IMG/VR virus record: IMGVR_UViG_3300037313_000284
Location: 32,001-96,000 of that record
DNA length: 64,000 nt
DNA from: a virus
Direction: 5' to 3' (one strand)
The position numbers and the translations under genes were made by a program. Shown piece by piece: positions 9,759 through 20,100 of the stretch (its first letter is position 1; the number at the start of each line of letters is the position of its first letter). The notes below the pieces were generated by a model. That model made no database searches and was not told where the DNA came from. It saw nothing but the letters and a program-made list of their open reading frames with translations.

Positions 9759-10460
9759 CTACGGCCAGTCGTCTACATCAGCAGCGGGGATAGTGATCTC
9801 TTCCTTCACCGTGTCGGGCTCACCTTCAACCTGCACACGTTCAATGATTGCTTTGAACTTCGGCACACTACTAATTCGAGCAGCAATCGTGGTGATTGTT
9901 ACCGATACTGCGGTGCTATACATGCGATTGATAAAGCTAGAAGAAGATTCGCTTTGCTCTATTGGATCAGTCCAGTCAAAGCGCGGCTCCACACTGACTT
10001 TAATATCGAAACCTTTACCGTCATCCGTTAGCATGCAACGCCCACGTATGACAGGTGTCTCAATAGCCGAAGTAATCCAAAACAATAAATCGTCTAGCTT
10101 TTCAGCGTAGACGTTGGCTTGGCATTGCACTTCAACATAGGCCCCGCTAAGCCGATATCGTTGCCCGTTACTATCAGTTAAATTAACACCTGCCCGTAAC
10201 GCAGCTTGGTTACCGCCTTGAATATTAGTAGGTTTACCTAGGCTCGTGAACGTCGCTAAGGCGAACATATCCGGGTGTCGACCACCGCCTAATAGTAATA
10301 ACTTCTTTTCTTGGCTGTCTTCCTGCCAACGTCTACGTAATGCTGGAAAACGAGGTTGGTTATAACGGATAGGTATAGCGCCTAGAGAGGCGATGCCGAA
10401 AGCAAGACTGGACTTCAATGAAGTCGTCTCAACTTTAATGCTAGGTTGGGGATTGGACAT
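9759..10460 (-). CDS. Putative tail terminator/completion protein
   Basis: Between capsid and sheath genes; start moved to ATG 10460 (AAGGGG RBS; the longer ORF would run into the terminator). Confidence 0.5.
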   Translation of the reverse strand: MSNPQPSIKVETTSLKSSLAFGIASLGAIPIRYNQPRFPALRRRWQEDSQEKKLLLLGGGRHPDMFALATFTSLGKPTNIQGGNQAALRAGVNLTDSNGQRYRLSGAYVEVQCQANVYAEKLDDLLFWITSAIETPVIRGRCMLTDDGKGFDIKVSVEPRFDWTDPIEQSESSSSFINRMYSTAVSVTITTIAARISSVPKFKAIIERVQVEGEPDTVKEEITIPAADVDDWP

Positions 10461-10480
10461 TGTTAACCCCTTAAACGCAG

Positions 10481-10511
10481 AAAGGGTCAAGGGCGGGGAG
10501 CCCTTGACCCT
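10481..10511 (-). terminator. Intrinsic terminator of capsid operon
   Basis: agggtcaagggc-gggga-gcccttgaccct followed by TT on minus strand. Confidence 0.7.
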
Positions 10512-10565
10512 CTTAACTCAATAACACGTCTCCGCAGCCGTATTAATAAGCTCTGACAAATTGGT

Positions 10566-10673
10566 GTTGGGACGAGAGGGTAACGACAACCTAAAGGTAT
10601 TCAGCGCGGCATACTGATCCGCATTTACTATCCTTTAAGCTCTCAAAAGATCGTTACCCTCTCACTTCCCCAA
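10566..10673 (-). ncRNA. Structured RNA element in MCP 3' UTR (long stem enclosing a possible pseudoknot)
   Basis: gttggga..gagagggtaacga pairs with tcgttaccctctc..tcccaac; inner taaagg/ccttta; interleaved GCGG/CCGC and UCAG/CUGA. Confidence 0.55.
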
Positions 10674-10682
10674 CGGAAGTTA

Positions 10683-11771
10683 TTACAGCTTGGCCGCGTA
10701 GGAAACGGCTCGGGCGTTGTGCATCACCATCGAGACAGTTTCTTCCATGTACCAGCCCTTACCGCTAACGCCTTGCGAGTTAGCAGCGTTCAGCGGCAGC
10801 GAAGTCACCGGACCACGGTCGGTATAACCACCGAGTTGATCCGGAGCGCCGAGCGCGAACACGTCGCCCTTCGACAGCACGCGCATCTTAGGATGGCGAT
10901 AAGCGTCAGTGATCAGGCCGAGGCCGAAGATCGAGCCAATGCGGCCCGTCTGAATGATTTCCAGCTTAGTAACCGGATCGAAGAAGTTATCCGGGAACTG
11001 ACCTTGGACCGTAATATCATTCAGGATATCGGTAGCCATCAGCAGGGTCGAAGCGGTAACGCCCCAAGCTTGCAGCGCGCCAACCAGATCGCCAAGATAC
11101 AGGTTGGAGAACGCACCCGACATATAGATCGTCGAGTTAGCAGCAGCCGAACCGGAAGCGGCGCGAGCCATCGCGTAGAACGTAGCATCTTCAGTCTTGA
11201 AGATTTGTTCCAGCGCGTCGAGATACGCGTTATCCAGCAGGTCGCCGGAACCTTGGTTCAGATCGTTAGTATAGACGTACGGCGACGCCTTAATCTGGAA
11301 CTCGTCGGTTTCGATGTACTTATCGCGAACGATGGACAGCGAGGTTTGCGTCGGACCCACGGCTTTAATAGCGCGAGCGTCTTTAACGCGAACTTCGAAG
11401 CGCGGGCGCGAGCCTTGCGCCACTTCACCGCGCAGCAGCAGATTGCGCATGAAACCTTCACGGTCAGCATGCTCAGTCAGCTTACCAGCGATAGTAGCGC
11501 CGATTTCACGCCACGCGACTTGATCGTCGTCAGCGTAAGCGGCGGCCAGCATTTCACGACGGCTTTGAGCGGTAGCAGCGGTCTCTTCCGAGTCGAGCAG
11601 CGCTTGTTCCGTAATAACTTGACCACTCGACATTTGGCCGAGCAGCGACGCAATCATGCGCAGGGCATCTTGCGGATTAGCAGCGTTCAGTTCATTTTGG
11701 TTGTTGAACATGCGCGAACCACGGAACAGTGCGTTCGGCGCAACAGTGGAACCAAGAAGACGGGGCTTCAT
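10683..11771 (-). CDS. Major capsid protein (HK97 fold) with probable N-terminal propeptide
   Basis: REGFMRNLL; EFQIKASP; EQIFKTED; GRIGSIFGLGLITD; GWYMEETVSMVMHNARAVS; follows scaffold and decoration genes. Confidence 0.9.
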   Translation of the reverse strand: MKPRLLGSTVAPNALFRGSRMFNNQNELNAANPQDALRMIASLLGQMSSGQVITEQALLDSEETAATAQSRREMLAAAYADDDQVAWREIGATIAGKLTEHADREGFMRNLLLRGEVAQGSRPRFEVRVKDARAIKAVGPTQTSLSIVRDKYIETDEFQIKASPYVYTNDLNQGSGDLLDNAYLDALEQIFKTEDATFYAMARAASGSAAANSTIYMSGAFSNLYLGDLVGALQAWGVTASTLLMATDILNDITVQGQFPDNFFDPVTKLEIIQTGRIGSIFGLGLITDAYRHPKMRVLSKGDVFALGAPDQLGGYTDRGPVTSLPLNAANSQGVSGKGWYMEETVSMVMHNARAVSYAAKL

Positions 11772-11819
11772 TGTATCACCTTATAAATGGGTCGGTTACT
11801 GATTGCGAAGTTAGCGCTA

Positions 11820-12539
11820 TTACAGCACCGAAATGTCGAGACCCAGGAACGGGATATCGACAGACGGAGCACTAATAACTCGACCCTTCACGGTCGCGCC
11901 GGTGCCGCCGATTTGGAAGACGCCGTTAGCGCCAACCTTAATGGAGGAAGCCGGAGTCCAGCCAGCCCAATCGGCAGACGGATCGTAGTTGGTCGTGAAG
12001 ACCGTACCTTCTTCGATCACGCCGGTAACGCCGATAAGCGTCGGCAGGGTAGCAAACGTGGTCGGCGAGTTATCACCACCAAGTTGATACAGGTCAGCGA
12101 CAGTCGGGGCGTAGGTATAGGTAACTTCGAGTTCCTTACCCAGGTCAGCGGTGTTCACTTCAATGATGTTATTAGTGACAACACGATATTGACCGGCGGT
12201 GGGAGCACCACCAGCAGCCGTAAGCGCAACGCCCGTAGCCGTATAGATCACGCGCGGGGTACCCACGACGTTACGGTTAAGGACAATGCCCCACTGGCCC
12301 GAAGTAACCAGCACGACCTTAGCGCGGTAAACCAGCGGCGCGAGGGTAGGCGCGGTACGCTCGTTAAGAGCAACGCCAGCGAATTCTTCAGTGTTAGCAG
12401 AACCAACACCCGGCTTCACGGTCGGAACACCGTTAACGCGCACCGCGATCAGGCCAACGCCTTCTTCGATGCTAGTAACGCCAGAAGCGACGTCACGGTT
12501 ACGGGAGACGCGGATGCCGCACAGCGACAGATTAAGCAT
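11820..12539 (-). CDS. Head decoration / minor capsid protein
   Basis: Between scaffold and MCP; beta-rich, FAGVAL motif, ends SAPSVDIPFLGL. Confidence 0.65.
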   Translation of the reverse strand: MLNLSLCGIRVSRNRDVASGVTSIEEGVGLIAVRVNGVPTVKPGVGSANTEEFAGVALNERTAPTLAPLVYRAKVVLVTSGQWGIVLNRNVVGTPRVIYTATGVALTAAGGAPTAGQYRVVTNNIIEVNTADLGKELEVTYTYAPTVADLYQLGGDNSPTTFATLPTLIGVTGVIEEGTVFTTNYDPSADWAGWTPASSIKVGANGVFQIGGTGATVKGRVISAPSVDIPFLGLDISVL

Positions 12540-12586
12540 TTGTGTGCTTCCTACAATTAATAGGGTTTGTGACTAGTTGCTAACGC

Positions 12587-14464
12587 TTAACGCGGAACGA
12601 AAGCGCGAGACTGACGACCGAGTCCAGCAGTTAGTGCAGCAACGTCAATGCGGGGCTTTGCCGGAGGAGCAATAGCCGCCGTCTCAGGAGTCGGCGTAGT
12701 CGCCGGTTCAGCAGGAGCAGCAACCACCGGAACCGCGTTAATAAATTCCGCGTTACCGATAAGTTCAGCTTGCGCCGTACGCACTTCGTCGCTCGCATCC
12801 GCCAATTCCGAAGCTTTCTTGAACATGCGTTCAAGCAACGTCGGCATCGAAAGGATCATGCTAGCTTCAACGATAGCCGCCGGTTGACGGACGCCGTTGG
12901 TTTCCAGCACTTGAGCGAGTTCAGCAGCGACCGGGTTAGTAAAGTCCTTACCGAACATACCCTTCGCGATACCAAGCGCCGCCAGTTCAAGGCATTGCTT
13001 AAAGGTATCAGTGAACGAAGCACGTTCAGCAGCGATTTCGCTAGCCGCAGCCGTTTCTTGAGTCGCAACGCGTTCCGCAATAACCGTCGCGACTTTAGTC
13101 GAATGGCGCAGGATAGAGCCACCGAGTTGAGCCAGAGCAGTTTCACGGTTAGCACCGCTAATAGCAGCACGATACGTGTTACGAATTTCGGAGGGCTTAC
13201 CCCAAAGCGTTTGCACGCCAGCAGAAGCACTTTCCTTACGAAGAACCGCTACCGGTGCGTTATCTTGAATAACGTAGTAGGCAGTTTCTCCGACCGGAAC
13301 GATTTCCGCATCAGGGCTAAGTTCCGCCGGGGTAGTAGCCACATACTCAATAACCGTATCGTCGCTAGCGACGACCGTATTATCAGCAGCAGGCACACCA
13401 GCATCTGCCGCAGGCGCGTCTTCAACCGTAACGGTTTCAGCAGCGACCGGGGCTTCTTCCGCAACTTCAGCCGCAGGGGCCTCAGCAGCGGGAGTTTCAA
13501 TAACTTCAGCAGCCGGAGCGTCAGCCGGGGTATCCACGGCATCAGCGACGACAACATCAGTCACATTAGTATCAACGGGGGCGTCAGCCGCAGGAGCGTC
13601 AACCGCCGTATTGTCGGTTTGCGTTTCAGCAGGCGTAGACATATCGCTCGCCCCTTCTTTGTTTTCATCGACCGATTCAGCAGCAGGCGCGTCAGTAATA
13701 ACTTCAGCCGCTTCTTCCTCGGAGGAATCATCCTCATCGTCACCATCTTCTTCCGAATCTTCGTCCTCTTCGGACTCATCTTCGTCTTCTGACGGATCGC
13801 TCTCATCCATATCCATGACTTCTAACGAGTCACCGTCTTCACTATCTTCATCAGCAGCGAAGTCGTCATCTGAAGCCGTAATAACCGCTTCATCCGAAGT
13901 GTGTTCGTCAATAGTCCGCATAGCTAGAGCGACACTAGCGAGAAGCGCACGACGCGCTTGCGTATTGCTCATGTCGTTTTCCTCAAGCGTGTTGGGATCA
14001 ACTGTGTTAAGCTCCCCAAAGTCGAAGAAATTTGCTAACTCCGACCTAGTTTGCTCATTGGTTTTTGTATCGATAGCGATATCCATCGACACGCCCGAGT
14101 TAACATAGCTAACCGGGACGCCACACATAACACAAGCACCGGGATGCTCATCCGTGATGACGTTTGCCGTCACAGTGTCGCAATACAAATCACTAGAGCA
14201 ATTTGCACACTCACCAATCTTAATAAGTGAATCCACTTTTGGTGGAGCAACATCGTTAGGCTCAAGGTTAGAACCATCAACAGGCGAAAGCGCGCCAATG
14301 GAGCCGACCTTGTTTGACACTACAGGGGCGGTTAGCCCAGCGTCATAGGTAGCAGTAATCACACTGGAAGGTTGATGCCCTGCCGGAACAGCGACAATAA
14401 CTGAGGCCGTTTCTTTTAAAGCTAGCAAACTTCCTAGCGGTTTCTGCGTATTGCGAAGGCTCAC
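12587..14464 (-). CDS. Prohead scaffold/core protein with N-terminal Cys cluster
   Basis: CANC..C..CVMC; long acidic tract; PAA(D/E) repeats; helical C-terminus; AGGAGAGG RBS; upstream of decoration/MCP. Confidence 0.7.
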   Translation of the reverse strand: MSLRNTQKPLGSLLALKETASVIVAVPAGHQPSSVITATYDAGLTAPVVSNKVGSIGALSPVDGSNLEPNDVAPPKVDSLIKIGECANCSSDLYCDTVTANVITDEHPGACVMCGVPVSYVNSGVSMDIAIDTKTNEQTRSELANFFDFGELNTVDPNTLEENDMSNTQARRALLASVALAMRTIDEHTSDEAVITASDDDFAADEDSEDGDSLEVMDMDESDPSEDEDESEEDEDSEEDGDDEDDSSEEEAAEVITDAPAAESVDENKEGASDMSTPAETQTDNTAVDAPAADAPVDTNVTDVVVADAVDTPADAPAAEVIETPAAEAPAAEVAEEAPVAAETVTVEDAPAADAGVPAADNTVVASDDTVIEYVATTPAELSPDAEIVPVGETAYYVIQDNAPVAVLRKESASAGVQTLWGKPSEIRNTYRAAISGANRETALAQLGGSILRHSTKVATVIAERVATQETAAASEIAAERASFTDTFKQCLELAALGIAKGMFGKDFTNPVAAELAQVLETNGVRQPAAIVEASMILSMPTLLERMFKKASELADASDEVRTAQAELIGNAEFINAVPVVAAPAEPATTPTPETAAIAPPAKPRIDVAALTAGLGRQSRAFVPR

Positions 14465-14505
14465 ATTAACCTCTCCTACCGCTAGAAACCTGATTGGTTA
14501 TACGT

Positions 14506-14516
14506 ATAGAAATTAC
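14506..14516 (-). promoter_or_regulatory. Putative late promoter TAATTT motif for scaffold-capsid operon
   Basis: minus-strand gTAATTTcta about 45 nt upstream of start, just after a terminator; motif recurs before many structural genes. Confidence 0.55.
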
Positions 14517-14548
14517 TTTAAACGCTTTTGATAACCTTAGCTGTAGGC

Positions 14549-14587
14549 AAAAGAAAAGGCGCTAGGGATTATCCCTAGCGCCTTTTT
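14549..14587. terminator. Terminator hairpin with A/T tracts on both sides
   Basis: aaaaggcgctagggat-t-atccctagcgcctttt. Confidence 0.75.
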
Positions 14588-14588
14588 G

Positions 14589-15416
14589 CTATTTAAGTCC
14601 GTAAAGCATGGTGCGTAAGTTATAACCGCCAACACCGCCTTCCAAACGTAGAGAGATTCTTTGGTTAGCCGCGAAGGGATATTCCACTATAAGGTTGTCA
14701 CGAGTGATGATTAACACACCAGACGCGCCGACAAACATTGGAAACTTCGCGATAAGCACTTCAGTGTCAGCAGCCGCACCTTGTGTAGCAACACCGACAT
14801 GCATAACTAGCGCGTCGGCAACTGGAGCCGCCGTGCTATCGGTCGGTAAAATCATTAATGCGTTATAAGTGGTGGATAGGTTATGTACCACAGTCCACGA
14901 ACCACTGCCGCTAGCAACCGCCGGAATATCCGGAAGGTCTGCGCGAGTGTTAGAAGCCGCGCCAGTTAGCGTCGTCATCGTAGTGAAGCCAGGCGGGTCT
15001 TGTGAGTTAGCAACATACCCGTCTAGGAAAGCTTCAATACCAGTTGAGGTAGCGCCGGTGGTCTGCGCCCTCATAACAATCGTCGAGTTAGCAGGAACCG
15101 CTAACGGAACGTCAATAGTTTGATAGCCGCCTAAGTTAAGGAAACCATATAGGTTTAGACAGTGCCACGTTGTTCCGTTATTAAACGAAATATCGAACAA
15201 CGTACGGCTGCTACTAGTGCCAAATAAGTTGACGAAAAGTTTGAACCCGCACCAAGCTTGCGTGTTCGAACCCATCGAGACAGGAGTAACAGTCTTTGAG
15301 CTCGAACCGCCCGTCGCGATCTGTGTTCCACGGGCGTTAGCTAATTGGCCTAAGATTTCACGTGAACGTTGCGGGTTCCTGGGGGCGCTGCCCCCAGGGG
15401 TTATTAAATAACTCAT
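14589..15416 (-). CDS. Virion fibre/appendage protein (beta-sandwich domains)
   Basis: Thr/Gly/Ala-rich, beta-strand pattern, in fibre cluster. Confidence 0.5.
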   Translation of the reverse strand: MSYLITPGGSAPRNPQRSREILGQLANARGTQIATGGSSSKTVTPVSMGSNTQAWCGFKLFVNLFGTSSSRTLFDISFNNGTTWHCLNLYGFLNLGGYQTIDVPLAVPANSTIVMRAQTTGATSTGIEAFLDGYVANSQDPPGFTTMTTLTGAASNTRADLPDIPAVASGSGSWTVVHNLSTTYNALMILPTDSTAAPVADALVMHVGVATQGAAADTEVLIAKFPMFVGASGVLIITRDNLIVEYPFAANQRISLRLEGGVGGYNLRTMLYGLK

Positions 15417-15925
15417 TACGCCACCCGATAAGTTAGGCGTCCATGGATTTGACCCGCCAACGAAGCCTTCAACACGAAGCTTTTACTAAGTTGCGACGTG
15501 TAATAGGCCGGTGAGTCTTCAAACGCCAGAACGATACCGCCACCAGCAGCTAACGGAATCGTTTCTAAGACGGCAGGTGAACCTTCCGCCGTTGTAGCAT
15601 CCATCACATCAATAGTAATCACGCTAGCGCTCGTATTATAGAGACGCAGACGTGGAACATGAATGATCTTACCCGCTTGTGCAGGCACAATGGCTTGTTC
15701 AGCGGTGCTGTTGAAGTTAATACGGCTACCGAAATAAGTGAAAGCTGTTACGCCGCCGCCTCCCGTACCGTTTTCGGTTATCGTGATATGCTGATCTTGA
15801 ATCCACTGTGCCAGCTTACCCACATCGTAGGCGTCAGGCATCGTGATAGCTTCGCCAGGAGCCAACCTAAGATCGGGCGGAATGCGCAGCGCGTAGGCGC
15901 GTAAGTTAGTAATGGTATAAGACAT
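15416..15925 (-). CDS. Small virion protein with shared N-terminal module
   Basis: MSYTITN...LRLAPGEAITMP...; GTGGGG linker then beta domain. Confidence 0.55.
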   Translation of the reverse strand: MSYTITNLRAYALRIPPDLRLAPGEAITMPDAYDVGKLAQWIQDQHITITENGTGGGGVTAFTYFGSRINFNSTAEQAIVPAQAGKIIHVPRLRLYNTSASVITIDVMDATTAEGSPAVLETIPLAAGGGIVLAFEDSPAYYTSQLSKSFVLKASLAGQIHGRLTYRVA

Positions 15926-15938
15926 TTGTCCGCCTTCC

Positions 15939-17111
15939 TTACGTCGTGGTCTTTAGATTAATACCGGTAAGTTGGCCGGTATTGGCGATTTTACGTCGCC
16001 ACCGCAGTGGAATGTCTTTGGTCGTACCGGCAGGAGCACCGACCGTAACGATTTGCAGCGTTGCGGCTTGAGCCTTAGTTAATACGACTGACTGACCTTT
16101 AGTCACATTGACGTAAGGAGTACCAACGTCAAAGGCGATATCTACAGGGTTGTCATGTCCACCGTTATTAGTAAACGATAGCGTATGCTTGTCCTGTTCC
16201 GTAGGCGTGAAGGTGACCACCACGCCATTAGAGTTTTCCACCATAGTAACGGTGGCAGAAGGTGAGAACGAACCCGCAAACGTACTAGCCACAGTCACGG
16301 TAAACGGTGAGAACACAATACCGTTAGGGCTTAGCAGTATGTCAATCGGCGAACCGACTGGATGCGGCCCTGGAGTTAATACTTGCGCTGTTAGCGTAAG
16401 TTTCGGAGGCCACTGGTTAGTGTCAGCGTCAGTGACGTTAGCTCCACCGGAGTTCTTAGCCCACGCTTGACCGGAACCCCGATTGGGGTTGCCGGTGTTC
16501 CAAGTCGTAGCCTTTCCTAATAGGAAAACAGGTGGCGTGACACTGAATGGACGTTCGGCGTTGAGTCCAATATATTCTGCCCGGAATTTATCTAAGTTCG
16601 TAGGATCACTAAGATTAGTCCATTGGCCCGGCCACAGGATAAGCGTACCAAATACTAACGATTGCGGGTTTGGCGTGTTAGCAGAACCCATGAACTGTTG
16701 TGTGGTAGTAACACTCGCCCAATTCGCCGACGCGTTTTGGGTATAGGTACCTTGCACAAATCCAACCGCAGGCACGTAGTCGATATACAACTGCATGCCT
16801 TGCGCCGAAGGTAACGAGGAGTCAACCACCAGAAGATAAGTGTGGTTGACTCCGTTCATTAATCCGGTAGGTGTGTCCATCCGGCCGCAGAAGGTATTGA
16901 ACCTAATGCGGCCGGTGTTTAGCACTTGGATACTACAAATAGCAGAACCCGCCGAAGCTCCCATCAAGTTATAAGTGGCCGACGGAACCGATGGGATAGC
17001 TAAGTCTAATAAGTACACGGCTTTAGTGCTAGTCAGGTTTTGGATGCCGCCCGTAGTGGATTGCGTCCATAGCTGACTAGCGTTGGTTTGAATATGAGGA
17101 AACTTACTCAT
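15939..17111 (-). CDS. Fibre protein with lectin/LamG-like domain; paralogue of C-terminal part of 17108..20485
   Basis: WPGQWTNL..NLDKFRA..G...PF..PP vs WPGKWIDL..NIDLFRA..G...PF..AP; shared VV(V/L)xFTPT...H.(L/I)S.TN.GG..NP. Confidence 0.6.
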   Translation of the reverse strand: MSKFPHIQTNASQLWTQSTTGGIQNLTSTKAVYLLDLAIPSVPSATYNLMGASAGSAICSIQVLNTGRIRFNTFCGRMDTPTGLMNGVNHTYLLVVDSSLPSAQGMQLYIDYVPAVGFVQGTYTQNASANWASVTTTQQFMGSANTPNPQSLVFGTLILWPGQWTNLSDPTNLDKFRAEYIGLNAERPFSVTPPVFLLGKATTWNTGNPNRGSGQAWAKNSGGANVTDADTNQWPPKLTLTAQVLTPGPHPVGSPIDILLSPNGIVFSPFTVTVASTFAGSFSPSATVTMVENSNGVVVTFTPTEQDKHTLSFTNNGGHDNPVDIAFDVGTPYVNVTKGQSVVLTKAQAATLQIVTVGAPAGTTKDIPLRWRRKIANTGQLTGINLKTTT

Positions 17112-20100
17112 GGCTGTTCGAACCTAACCGTGTACGGCGCGTCTGCCGGAACGTTAATAGTGATAAGATTGCCGGTCGGGCAAGTGCTGAGGTCTAGGTT
17201 TAGGTTAGTCTTCGCCGTTAGCGGCAGCGCCTTAGTCACCGGCTTGAACGAGTTGACCGGGTTAATATTGTACCCGCTACCCGAACCATCCGTTGCACGA
17301 ACCTGAATGTCAGGTAAGTCAACGTCCAGATTTTGCGCCGCAGCGATAACGCGAAGCGATTCAGCACGAGAACGCGTAATCGTTACCGTCGATCCGGCAG
17401 GAATATCAACGTAGTTATCAATCGCCGTAAACGACAGACCCGTTGGGTTGAAATATCCACCAGTATTAGTAATCGAAATGTTGTGAACGCCGGGGGCAGT
17501 GGGAGTAAAGCGAAGCACCACACCGTCACGCCCAACGGGCATTGGCGCGGGATTAACTTCCCAAAATCCTGCCTTATCACTTACCGGTATTACGTCTAAC
17601 GATTTCGACGTGCCGATAGGTTGCACAAGGATTTCTACGGGCTGGTACCCGTAGTGAACACCTTGCGTTAGTTTCTCCATCGACATGTATAGGTTAGGCG
17701 GCCAAACACTAGTATTACCTGTCGCATTGGTGAAGGGGTTAGTACCACCTTTGATCCAATTGTTAGGCGACGTCGTACCACGTTGTGCGATGCTGTTATT
17801 AAAGTCAGCAGCAGCACCAGTAATAAAGATCGGAGCGGGTTCACCGAACGGACCTTCGCCGCGAGGGCCAAGGTTAGCTGCACGGAACAAGTCAATGTTC
17901 TCTTGCACGTCCAGATCAATCCACTTGCCGGGCCACAGAGCGTAAAGACCGATACCGCCAACAAACTTATCACCCGTACCACCACCAATAGTTTGCGGCG
18001 GACAGATAGTAAGCGTTCCAGCGACGTCGACATTAGTCCAGTCGGCGATTTCGTCTGGCCTCCAAGTAGACCCGGTAAAATCGGGGTCCACGCGCTGGAA
18101 GTCCACGGCGAGGCGAACACCTAACGCGTTAGTAGGCTGAGACGTATCGATAGTTATCAGAATGTGGTGCGGTTGACCATCCAAGACGTTTAGTACGTCC
18201 ATACGCGTACCGGGAGCGTAGAAACGAAGCTTACCGGTAGATGTAACCGTGCAGTTGAATTGGTGGCTACTAGAACTCGCGCCGCCCGTAATGCGGACGT
18301 CTTTGGTACCGTTTAGCGCGACAGTCGAAGAGACCACCATTGCAATGGTTAGTAACTTCGATTGAACGCCGGGGGCGAGACCGCCTGAAACGTTTTGCGC
18401 TAGGTAGTTAGTGCCGTCGAAGTTAACCAGCGGGAAGCCGATAGGGTCAATCGTCGTGGCTTTCCACGAGAAACTATCAGAGCCAACCGTAACTGTGACA
18501 AGCTTAGAAGTAGCCGGAGTAACTGCGGTGGTCGTACGCAATTGGATAAAATTGCCGTGCGTAACGTTCCCCGGAGCCGAAGTCCAATCTTGTAAGATCG
18601 TGGTCCCGTTCTTATCACTGGAAAGACGATACTCGCCGCCGGTGATACTAATCGACCGAGTCTGCCTGCCGCAGTTCACGAAGTGGAAATCACTTCGTTG
18701 ATCAGCGGTATTAACAGGTAGACCAACCTTGTGCGCGAAACCAACGAACGCCGGTAATTCGGAATACGGCTTAACGGTACCAGACCAACGCGCGAGGAAC
18801 GTAGACAACGTGTCGCCGAAACGCACCGGCCCGTAATTGGCGTACTGCGCTTTGGGGACGAAGGTTTCTACTAACTTGGCAGGAGTATCCACCAAGTTCC
18901 AGTCAGCAGGCGTGTTATAAACCTGCGAATACGCGTCAAGCGTCTGCGGAGTTCCGGTGAGCACCTGAATGTTCGGGGCGGTGTTAGCGTCTAGCGACTT
19001 GCCGCTAGAGACTGATTCCGCGATATTGTAACCAGCATAGCTACGACCTGGGTAGAACGGGTCGGAGGTTACGCTAATCCGAGAACCGGAAACGTTGGCG
19101 GCGGTGACACCCGTAATAGGGTTAGTAACTTGCTCGTTGTCTTTGGCAACGTTGGAAATGGGGTTGGCTAAGAACGCGTTACGGAAAATAACGCACCCAG
19201 CCGCTCCGGTGTAACCATCGTTGGAAATAATACAAGCCGTACTAGACACGCGACTTAAAGCTAGGTTGTCGGCGATAATAACACCAAGGTGAGGTGCGCC
19301 GGGCGGAACGTCCGATAGGAAGAAACGCTGATGCTGACCGCGCGCGTTAGGTTGCATGCCAGTAATATTACCAGCGATGATCAGGTTTTCGATGGGCGTA
19401 GTCGAGTCGGTTGGGCCAGGGGTGATTTGTTCAGCTTTAGTAATCGTAGCCGTGGCAACCGTAGCGCCTGAACTGTTAAGGAACGTAGCCGCACTTGCCG
19501 TCGGGACGTTGCTAGGAGCAATAAGCACGTATGCTTGGCCGGGTCCGACAACGTAGATATTAGCTCCGTTAGCCTTACCAGTAGAGTCAGTGTAGCCAAC
19601 AACACCATTCGACGTGGGGATAGTACCGGTGACGCCTGACAGCCAGAGTTTATAACCGCCAACGTCGCGGCTGAAAATCTGCACGCAGTCGCCGTGTGGG
19701 TTGAAGTAGTCTTGTGGCTGAGCGAACGAATCCCAAAAGATATTACCAGTGATTTCGATTAACGGCACACGTGGGAAAGCCCCACCGTTAAAGCCGAACG
19801 AAATGAAATCCTGGTAGAAACGCTGCATGATATTCTTGCGGAAAACGATATTAGCGTTACCGTTGTGCGAGAATTTAATACAGTCGCCGCCGTCTTCGAA
19901 CAGGCAGTTTTCCACCCACATAGAGCCAGTAATAGAACCGGCTAGCGCTTCCGCCGTCGACATACAGCCGATCATGCGCGGATAACAACCGAAACCTCTG
20001 TGATAAGGCTCTTGTCCGCCAGCCCCGTCGGAACGATAGCCTTCAATTACCGGCTGTTGATTAGTAGCGGTATTACCGACGTAGGTGCGGTACTTGGTAG

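Noticed and set aside
10590-10640. Known self-cleaving ribozyme or riboswitch class
   Set aside because: Lacks the hammerhead CUGANGA/GAAA, twister and pistol consensus; kept only as an unassigned structure
10719-13792. Long + strand ORFs antisense to MCP, decoration and scaffold (also 39332..40480, 34540..35208, 7471..8088)
   Set aside because: Shadow ORFs caused by codon bias of the real minus-strand genes; no motifs or RBS
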